A stretch of 64,000 bases of DNA from Cyanobacteria bacterium P01_A01_bin.123 (GTDB lineage Bacteria; Cyanobacteriota; Cyanobacteriia; Phormidesmidales; Phormidesmidaceae): contig JBCBZT010000031.1 in NCBI GenBank assembly GCA_039815185.1, forward strand, positions 34,094-98,093, written 5' to 3'. Shown piece by piece: positions 30,449 through 38,255 of this stretch. Positions within the stretch are counted from its first letter, which is position 1, and every line of letters starts with the position of its first letter. A model generated the notes under the pieces. The model worked only from the letters and a program-made list of their open reading frames with translations. It was not told where the DNA came from and ran no database searches. The position numbers and the translations under genes are program-made.

Positions 30449-30535
30449 GTCGGGTAAAGGAGGAAGTTTTAGATATTGTTTCCTTCCTACCTTCAGAACC
30501 GTACGTACAACTTTCAATGTATACGGCTCAAGCAA
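30449..30535 (-). mobile_element. Group II intron 3' remnant (domains V and VI)
   Basis: Minus strand GAGCCGTATACATTGAAAGTTGTACGTACGGTTC is a 34-nt DV (AGC triad, GAAA loop, AC bulge; 30496-30529), followed by a DVI-like hairpin ending TTTACCCGAC; no RT ORF nearby. Confidence 0.85.
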
Positions 30536-30681
30536 CCTCTACCGCTTACCGATGCAATTGTTGATATAGACTAAATGGACAGCCATCAAATGGAGCTAAG
30601 ATTTTTTCCTCCTTGTCTTCAGATATACCCACACACTATGAAAGCAACGATGTCCTGAACACTAGATTTTGAGAAGATGCT

Positions 30682-32685
30682 TTATGCGCTTTGCGAGAAG
30701 CTTGATTTAACGAATCGAATACTAGTTTGTAGGACAACTCCTAAATCATCCGCAAATTCAGTAACACTAGCCAGATTTTTAGATTGAAACTCACCTTCGT
30801 GAAGTTTTTTAAGCGCTTGAATGACGGCAACAACCTCGCCACTCGATTGGTCGAATATGGGGGTTACTAAAATACTTCGAATTTTGTCGTCGGCGTCTTG
30901 GTCATTTTGAGGTTCAAGCCCTAAATCCTGGTCGGAGGCATGAGTAATAGTAGGTTTACCTGTCATTGCGACTGCTCCTGCAATTCCAGTATTGATGGGG
31001 ACTTCAACAGTGCAAAGTTGCCCTTCTTGTCTCATGGCTACATCATCAGTTTGTAAAACTTGTTTCTCACGATTCACAATGAAAAGATTGACAACTTCAG
31101 CGTCAATGATTTGAGATATTTTGCAAGATATCATCTGAAATAGGCCTTCAAGTTTATCTTTTATAACTGGATGCTCAAAGGTTAAACCTGAATTAATCAG
31201 TCGCTGCAGCTCTAAATTTGACTCGTTTAAGAATTCTGCAAATCTTTTGGTGGATAGAGCGATAACTTTGGCCCGAAGCATATCAACATTTGTCCGTAGC
31301 AAGGCTTCAACTTTAGAACGGATTTCGCTCGTGTTCGTTTGTACGATAGATGAAGTTACTGAAGAATAAATTTGTTGGGTATATGCAATACTAGACTGCA
31401 CTGTAAAGCCAAGGGATCGTGTCAATTCAAAGAAAATTTCTTCATCAGTATGATCGAACGGAAAATCTCCTATTTTATTCAGTGCTTGAACCACTGCAAA
31501 AACTTCTTGCCTCTGATTCACCATAGGCAAGCAGAGTATATTCCGAGTATGAAAACCCGTATCACGATCTACTTGAGGATTAAATCTTGAGTCATTGTAG
31601 GGATCAGTAATATTTAAAGTCTCTCCTGTAGTAGCCACATATCCGGCAATGCCAGAATCTATAGGAATTTCAATGCTGATCAATTGCCCTTCTGTGCCCC
31701 GTGCATTTTTCGACCACAAAATTTCACGAATACTATCAACCACAAAGAAAGTGACTTGCTCAGCTTTAAGTAATTGAGCAATTTTCAATGAAATAGCTTG
31801 AAAAGTGATTTCAAGCTTCGAGTTAAATGAACGATCTCTAAGTAAGGTCATTGAACTCGAAATCTGCTCTAATTCTTGATTGAGTTTATTTAAGAAGTTA
31901 GTAAATTGAGAATCAGATAGAGGGGTAATTAGATTATGGATTTCATCGATTTCGGTGTCTACAATAAATGAGGTTAGATTACTTAAACCCAGCAGAAACT
32001 CACCTTTAGAAGCAGATAAACGACCATCTTCTAAGCTGATAATGCGATCGGCAATATCGAGAATACGGTTATCATGGGTTACCAAAATAATTGTGCAGCC
32101 TTGCTGTCTTGCTAATCTTTGCATCAGTTCTACAACTTCACGACCTGTATGTCCATCCAGAGAGGCCGTGGGTTCATCAGCTAAAATAACTTGTGGCTCA
32201 TTAACCAAAGCACGCGCAATGGCCACCCGTTGCTTTTGGCCCCCAGACAGTTGATCGGGGCGTTTAGTTAAATGTTGCCCTAAGCCCACAGCTTCTAAAG
32301 CAGCCTGCGATCGCGCTTTTGATTCCTTCCCTGAGATGGGATACAGAGCCGCAGCCATTTCTACATTTTTGATAGCGTTAAGCGAGCTCAACAAATTGTG
32401 TTCTTGAAAAATGAAGCCAATTTGACGACGAATTTTTTCTAGACGTCCACTACTGACGCCGCGCATCTCCTGACCTAAGATTTGCAAGGTACCTTCCTCA
32501 ACCGCTCTTAATCCTCCGATTAAAGTTAGCAGCGTCGTTTTGCCAGAGCCAGAAGGCCCAGTCATAATCACAATTTCTCCCAGATTAATCTCAAGATGTA
32601 TATCAAATAATATTTGGCGACGGAGACGTCCTACTCCGTAATAATGGTTAAGATTATCGATGAAGATCGTGGGTTGTAATGCCAT
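30682..32685 (-). CDS. devA: DevA-family ABC ATPase fused to two C-terminal GAF domains
   Basis: GPSGSGKTT, IGFIFQEHNL, LSGGQKQR, ILADEPTASLD, VTHD; then two helix+GAF modules (SGIAGYVATTGE...ILCLPM...QALNK..F...DE); ATG 32685 preferred to the track start at 32745. Confidence 0.9.
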   Translation of the reverse strand: MALQPTIFIDNLNHYYGVGRLRRQILFDIHLEINLGEIVIMTGPSGSGKTTLLTLIGGLRAVEEGTLQILGQEMRGVSSGRLEKIRRQIGFIFQEHNLLSSLNAIKNVEMAAALYPISGKESKARSQAALEAVGLGQHLTKRPDQLSGGQKQRVAIARALVNEPQVILADEPTASLDGHTGREVVELMQRLARQQGCTIILVTHDNRILDIADRIISLEDGRLSASKGEFLLGLSNLTSFIVDTEIDEIHNLITPLSDSQFTNFLNKLNQELEQISSSMTLLRDRSFNSKLEITFQAISLKIAQLLKAEQVTFFVVDSIREILWSKNARGTEGQLISIEIPIDSGIAGYVATTGETLNITDPYNDSRFNPQVDRDTGFHTRNILCLPMVNQRQEVFAVVQALNKIGDFPFDHTDEEIFFELTRSLGFTVQSSIAYTQQIYSSVTSSIVQTNTSEIRSKVEALLRTNVDMLRAKVIALSTKRFAEFLNESNLELQRLINSGLTFEHPVIKDKLEGLFQMISCKISQIIDAEVVNLFIVNREKQVLQTDDVAMRQEGQLCTVEVPINTGIAGAVAMTGKPTITHASDQDLGLEPQNDQDADDKIRSILVTPIFDQSSGEVVAVIQALKKLHEGEFQSKNLASVTEFADDLGVVLQTSIRFVKSSFSQSA

Positions 32686-33216
32686 TCTCTTTGATATTTT
32701 AGTATTACGGTGAACACCGGAAAGAAATGAGATCTGATAATTCAATTCAACAAAATCAACGCAGATTATTTAAAGACTTTATTAAAGACGATCAAGATCA
32801 ATGACTTGACTTAAATAACAATAAATAAAATTCGTTACATTTCTTCTTGCATCTTCGCTTCGGCATAGCACCTCAACTGTAAACAATCTTCTGAACTTAG
32901 TTTGAGCTCTGTTGATACTGCTTGTCAGGTTTTGGGAACAATTCTAAAGAATCAATTAGGTAGCGCTACCCGTTATTAGTGACTGTCATCATTTAGATCT
33001 TCAAGTCCTTTCAGAACAACAGTGAAAACACTTAGCTGGTGTTATTGACGCGGGTGTGTTACGGCTTGTCCCGCAGGCCTCTGAAACTAACTGATGGCAC
33101 GCCCTAAAGTGAATAGCAGTCCTAATTAGACAAAAAGATATCCTTAATAGCTTTGGGGCAGCTCTAGCCTGCAATCAACTTCAGTTGCATCAATCTTTAT
33201 AACTAGAATCTTTATC

Positions 33217-34560
33217 ATGCAGACTTTTATCGATCGCATCTCCACGGATAACGTCGTGAAACTTTACAAAAAGATATATGTTCGCTGGCCCAAGCTTTGG
33301 TTCATTTCTTTAGTGAGCATTACGTTCATATCAGCTCTTGGTGTCTTTTCAATTAGGAGTGTTCTCTGGGAAGAAAAGGTTGGTAGTCAAGTTGCATCGA
33401 CAACTCCAAATGAATCTGCTGAACCACAAGCAGTCTCTGCTTTAGGCTTTCTGAAACCTGAAGATGAAGTGACGAATCTATCAGGAGCTGTACCCCCTGA
33501 AGGTACACGCCTTACTCAGTTACTGGTGGAGCAAGGCGATCAGGTCGAAGCAGGACAAATCGTTGCTGTTCTCGACAATAAGGAGCGCTTAGAAGCTGCT
33601 TTGAGAAGGGCTGAAGCCCAAGTTGTCATAGCCCGTTCTCGGCTTTTGCAAGTAGAAGCAGGCGCTAAAGAAGGGGAGATTGATGCCCTGGAAGCTAAGC
33701 TTAAAAGTTTAGATGCTGAGCTACAAGGCCAAATCATTGCTCAGCAATCCACGATTAGACGATTAGAGGCAGATCTGGAGGGAAATACAGCCGCGCAAAC
33801 AGCAATCAACGATCGCATTGCTGCTGAGTTTATCAATGCTGAAGCTGAATGTAGGCGCTTTGAGCAACTCTATATCCAAGGTGCTATTGCAGAATCTGAG
33901 TATGAATTGAAGTGTTTACAGCAAAAGATTGCTTACGAACAGAAAATTGAATCTGAGGTTACACTGACTCGCATTACAAATAGCGGTCAGGAACAAATAA
34001 CGGAGGCAGAAGCACAACTCGGAAGAACAATCAACACAATTCGAGCCCAACAAGCAGAGACTCAAGCAACTCTTGCTCAAACCTCTGAAGTTCGTGATGT
34101 TGATATTACCCTTGCTCAGGCTGAATTAGCCGATGCCATGGTCGGTGTTCAGCAAGCTGAGGCAGATCTTGAGCTAGCCTACGTTACAGCACCTCGTTCA
34201 GGTCAAGTGCTGAGAATTAACACCCGACCAGGTGAAATGATTACCAATCAAGGAATTGTGGAACTTGGTCAAACGCAGCAAATGTATGTAGTTGCTGAAG
34301 TCTACGAAACCGATATTAGTCGAGTTCGCCTAGGACAGTTGGCAACTATTACCAGTAATGCTATACCTGATACCTTACAGGGGACAGTCGACGAAATTGG
34401 TTTGCAAATTGGCCAGCAGGAAGTTTTTAGTACGAACCCTACTTTTGACATCGATGCCAGAGTGGTAGAAGTCAAGATTCGTCTTAACCCAGAAGACAGT
34501 CAGCAAGTTTCAGGTATGACTAACTTGAGAGTAGGAGTAGTCATCGAAACGTCTGGTTGA
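33217..34560 (+). CDS. devB: DevB-family membrane fusion (HlyD-type adaptor) protein
   Basis: N-terminal TM, VSALGFLKP, long coiled coil, VVAEVYETDI, DARVVEVKIRL. Confidence 0.9.
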   Translation: MQTFIDRISTDNVVKLYKKIYVRWPKLWFISLVSITFISALGVFSIRSVLWEEKVGSQVASTTPNESAEPQAVSALGFLKPEDEVTNLSGAVPPEGTRLTQLLVEQGDQVEAGQIVAVLDNKERLEAALRRAEAQVVIARSRLLQVEAGAKEGEIDALEAKLKSLDAELQGQIIAQQSTIRRLEADLEGNTAAQTAINDRIAAEFINAEAECRRFEQLYIQGAIAESEYELKCLQQKIAYEQKIESEVTLTRITNSGQEQITEAEAQLGRTINTIRAQQAETQATLAQTSEVRDVDITLAQAELADAMVGVQQAEADLELAYVTAPRSGQVLRINTRPGEMITNQGIVELGQTQQMYVVAEVYETDISRVRLGQLATITSNAIPDTLQGTVDEIGLQIGQQEVFSTNPTFDIDARVVEVKIRLNPEDSQQVSGMTNLRVGVVIETSG

Positions 34561-34630
34561 GGTGGTTCTTTATTAACACGGACAGCCGTCGTAATTTCGA
34601 CTTTGTAAAAATCAAACAGTCGTATGTCGT

Positions 34631-36205
34631 ATGTCATTGCCCTCATCGCTTGCACCTCAAGAACCTCATCTGAGAAGTCAACTGCCTGCAAGTCTTTACG
34701 CCAGATTATGGATTGATCCGACAAGCGTCGTGCTCAAAACCGTGATGCAGCATCTCAATACTCTGCAATATCTATTATCTCAATACTTACCCTATGATGT
34801 GGTCGAAAATCCCCCTGATCCAGGTCAGCTAAATTGGCACTGGCAGACTCGTACATTGATGTTTACTGACTTAGCTGGGTTTACTCACCTCACTCAAACT
34901 CATGCACAGAGAGGTACAACTGGTGCCAAATTCCTAGCCGACTTGCTCAACAGCTATTTTTCTAAAGCAATTGATGTTATCAACACATCTGGCGGAGATT
35001 TATTAGAATTTACTGGAGATGCGATGTTAGTGGAGTTTGCTGACTTCACTTCGAAGCGATCTATTGCTAAAGCAATTCGCGCCGGACTCCGCCTCCAGCG
35101 AATGATGACGGAATTTACAACAGTTAAGACATTCGCAGGTGAACAGACATTAACAATGCGTATCGGCCTTCATAATGGTCGGTTCCTTACAGCAGATGTC
35201 GGTACTCCTATGCGAATGATGCACATTTTGTTAGGCAAAACAGTGCGACAAGCTAAACAGACTGAGACCATCGGATTAGTTGGGCGAGTTTGTATAACTG
35301 AAGAATCTGCAGAGGAGGTTGCTGATGCTTTTCGATTTGAATCTCATCAACCAGGATATCTACTAGTTCGTGATGACTTTGATTCTGATACCTTAGGTGG
35401 TTTCGATATCACCTTACGAAAGCAGCGTGTTCGGCATAGTCTCTTGGTTCTTAATCAGACTGAGGCAGAGATCATTCAGGAAATTAATCGTCTCTTAGAT
35501 AAAAATATTCCCCTGAGTAGCTACATTGCACCACAGGTTCTGAAGTTACTTGTAGAGAATGCCTGTACGCATAATATTCCGCCTGCTTTTTCGCGTTCAG
35601 CTGTTTTGTTCGTCAACCTTCTAGGTCTACCTGAAGCTGCTGATCATGTAAATTCCTCGACCGAAGAAATTCAAGTACTTACAACCCTCTCTCACTTATT
35701 TGCTCAGATCAACAGCTTAGTTGAAGCCAAGGATGGATTCCTTCAAGAATGGACTTATCACCTATACTCAGATATCCTGATTTACTTTGGTATTCCTAGC
35801 GGTCACATTGATGATGCCATTCGTGCGGTAAAAGTTGCTTGTCAAATCTCAAACTTAGTCAGTCAGCTCCCTTTGCTTCAGATTAATAATCAAACTTTCC
35901 AAATCACATGCCAAATCGGTATAGATTGGGGCATAGTGGTAGCAGGAGAAATTGGTCACTCTTTCGGTCGTCGTGACTATAATGCCCTGGGTGATCCCGT
36001 GAATCGTGCGGCCTATATTATGAGCCAAGCCGATAGCAATCAAATCCTGATGACGGATACCATAGAGCAAGAAATCGCTTGTGAATGCAGTCTACTAAAT
36101 ATTGACTTACCCTTTCAACTTCAGCTAACTGAGAAGATGATCATGAAAGGAGATAAGAAATCAATTTCTGTATTTACGATAGATGCTTTATCGACTCAAA
36201 TTTAA
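34631..36205 (+). CDS. Tandem-domain class III nucleotide (adenylate/guanylate) cyclase
   Basis: C1: MFTDLAGFT, LLEFTGDAML, MRIGLHNG; C2: VLFVNL, QIGIDWG.VVAGEIG, DYNALGDPVNRAAY. Confidence 0.85.
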   Translation: MSLPSSLAPQEPHLRSQLPASLYARLWIDPTSVVLKTVMQHLNTLQYLLSQYLPYDVVENPPDPGQLNWHWQTRTLMFTDLAGFTHLTQTHAQRGTTGAKFLADLLNSYFSKAIDVINTSGGDLLEFTGDAMLVEFADFTSKRSIAKAIRAGLRLQRMMTEFTTVKTFAGEQTLTMRIGLHNGRFLTADVGTPMRMMHILLGKTVRQAKQTETIGLVGRVCITEESAEEVADAFRFESHQPGYLLVRDDFDSDTLGGFDITLRKQRVRHSLLVLNQTEAEIIQEINRLLDKNIPLSSYIAPQVLKLLVENACTHNIPPAFSRSAVLFVNLLGLPEAADHVNSSTEEIQVLTTLSHLFAQINSLVEAKDGFLQEWTYHLYSDILIYFGIPSGHIDDAIRAVKVACQISNLVSQLPLLQINNQTFQITCQIGIDWGIVVAGEIGHSFGRRDYNALGDPVNRAAYIMSQADSNQILMTDTIEQEIACECSLLNIDLPFQLQLTEKMIMKGDKKSISVFTIDALSTQI

Positions 36206-36379
36206 GCACAGTAATAGTGAAATAAAGTATCTCAATCATTGCGTTATATTGAGACGCCTAGCTACACTTTATTACGTTCAAGATGAAAAACTAGTATGCA
36301 TCCTCAGGTAACTGTATGGTAGGTACATATTGTGAAGTTTCCATCTGTATTCAGTCTTTCATATTGCTAAGGTGCAAAT

Positions 36380-37555
36380 ATGCTTCGGACACTTGCGATC
36401 GCTTGGGCGCAACTTATGCATCAAAAGCTCCAAACAACCGTCACGATTCTGGGAATTGCTTTTACGACAGCTTTACTATTCATGCAGATCGGATTTCGGA
36501 TTGGTCTCTTAGAAAGCAGCACTCAACTTCCTGCTAGCTTTCAAAGTGACGTTGTCATCATCAGTAATTCTTCGATCTCATTTTTGGTTGCTGTACCTTT
36601 TTCAGAACGTCGTTTGGCTCAAGTTCTCGCCTTTGAAGAGGTAGAAGCAATAACACCTATCTACGTCACTATGACATCTGTAAAAAGATTAGACGAACAA
36701 TCTCAGTTTATGGCTTCCATACAGGTGATTGGGTTTCCTCTAACGGAAAATGTAGTTGAGTTGCCTGGCTTAGGAGAAAACCTAAAAAAATTAAAGGGGG
36801 ATGATCTTTTTTTGCTAGATGGCAGATCTCGATCGGAGCTAGCAAACTTAATCAATGAAGTCAAAAATAATGGTAGGGCCAGTACCGAAATAATGACCGC
36901 AGGTTTTGAGCGTAAGAAAATAGACGTTGTGGGCCTTTTTGAGATGGGTGCTAGTGCTTTCTATAATGGAAACTTGATTACCAGCGAAAGCAACTTCCTC
37001 AAGACATTTGGCCTAGGACAGGGAGAAATAGTTGCTGGATTGGTGCATGTTAGGCCTGGAGTTGACATTCCTAATTTAGTGTCTCGAATCCAAGAATACC
37101 TTCCCGAGGATATGAAGGTAATGTCTAAGAAAGACCTGATTAAGGAAGACAAGACTTACATAGAATCTAGCTCTCCAATGGGGATAGTCTTTTTGTTTTC
37201 AATGATCTTTTCAATTATTATTGGGGTTGTCATTTTATATCAAGTCCTCTATCAAAACATATCAAGATTTACCAAAGAGTACGCGACATTGAAAGCCATT
37301 GGCTACAGTCAAAGATTTTTGGTAGAGATTGTTTTGGAGCAAGTCTTTGTTTTTGCTGTTCTAGGTTATATTCCCGGTCTCATTGTTTCATATTTTGTCT
37401 ATGATGCACTATCTGAAGTGACTAAGATGAAGTTTTTACTGAGCTTTAATATTGCCTTTTTTGTCTTCTTCCTTGTGTGCTTAATCTGTGGAGTTTCTGG
37501 GATTATTGCGACTAATAAACTGAAGGATGCAAATCCTGTTGATATTTTTAATTAA
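36380..37555 (+). CDS. devC: DevC-family ABC permease (FtsX-like)
   Basis: LAIAWAQL, LLFMQIGF, ILYQVLY, EYATLKAIGY, KLKDANPVDIF. Confidence 0.9.
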   Translation: MLRTLAIAWAQLMHQKLQTTVTILGIAFTTALLFMQIGFRIGLLESSTQLPASFQSDVVIISNSSISFLVAVPFSERRLAQVLAFEEVEAITPIYVTMTSVKRLDEQSQFMASIQVIGFPLTENVVELPGLGENLKKLKGDDLFLLDGRSRSELANLINEVKNNGRASTEIMTAGFERKKIDVVGLFEMGASAFYNGNLITSESNFLKTFGLGQGEIVAGLVHVRPGVDIPNLVSRIQEYLPEDMKVMSKKDLIKEDKTYIESSSPMGIVFLFSMIFSIIIGVVILYQVLYQNISRFTKEYATLKAIGYSQRFLVEIVLEQVFVFAVLGYIPGLIVSYFVYDALSEVTKMKFLLSFNIAFFVFFLVCLICGVSGIIATNKLKDANPVDIFN

Positions 37556-37585
37556 AGCTCTAATGCTTAGAATGTAGATGTATTT

Positions 37586-38077
37586 TCACGATGGCGATAC
37601 TACAAGTGGTTTGTAAACCTCACCTTCGTAGGGTTGCCAAACATAGCCTGTGCTAAAAGGTCTAAATGTTGAAGGTGAGTTCATTGCCTGCCAAACGGCA
37701 TCAGATAAAACCAAGCCTGGAAGACTTAAGTTAGAAGGCTCATCTAGTAATTCGCTATACGTTCTGAATTCATCAACCTCTACGCCAACCAAAGCGTAAC
37801 GGAAAGCAGGAGCCGTTCGTAGTTTTTGATGGAGCAAAATACCTAATTCCGTCATCAAATAAGCAGACTCTGGTGCTGCAATACCGATCTCGCTAACGCC
37901 ACTAGGGCAAACGCGACACCACCAGCTTTCATCAGTATCTTGGAATACTGTAATCAGACATTGAGCTCGAGCACCACTTGACAGAACCCAACTGGCATCC
38001 TCAAAGTGCCTAGAAAACTGTTCTGCACCATTTTTATCCGGGCCAAGTTCGGCTGACAAGCTAAATACCCAAGCCAT
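37586..38077 (-). CDS. Hypothetical protein
   Basis: 163-aa ORF with plausible composition filling the gap between devC and the CHAT gene. Confidence 0.65.
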   Translation of the reverse strand: MAWVFSLSAELGPDKNGAEQFSRHFEDASWVLSSGARAQCLITVFQDTDESWWCRVCPSGVSEIGIAAPESAYLMTELGILLHQKLRTAPAFRYALVGVEVDEFRTYSELLDEPSNLSLPGLVLSDAVWQAMNSPSTFRPFSTGYVWQPYEGEVYKPLVVSPS

Positions 38078-38255
38078 CTTGATCTACCTTTTCCCAATCA
38101 TTCTGAGTTGCAGCGATCGCTGCCTCGTACCGTTCTAGTAGCATTGTAGTTCTTGAAAAAAGACGAGCACTACGGCCCACCCTAGGTTTGCCATGTCGTC
38201 CTGCCATCCCTCGATAGTAAAGCTGAGTCATATGGGGTGTAGTTGAAGACAGCTT

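Noticed and set aside
32830..33110. Possible 5' part of the group II intron (minus-strand GGGCG...) or a riboswitch in the devA/devB spacer
   Set aside because: Only short hairpins (GCGGG/CCCGC, GGTAGCGCTACC); I could not assign DI-DIII or any riboswitch consensus by eye, so a covariance-model search is needed
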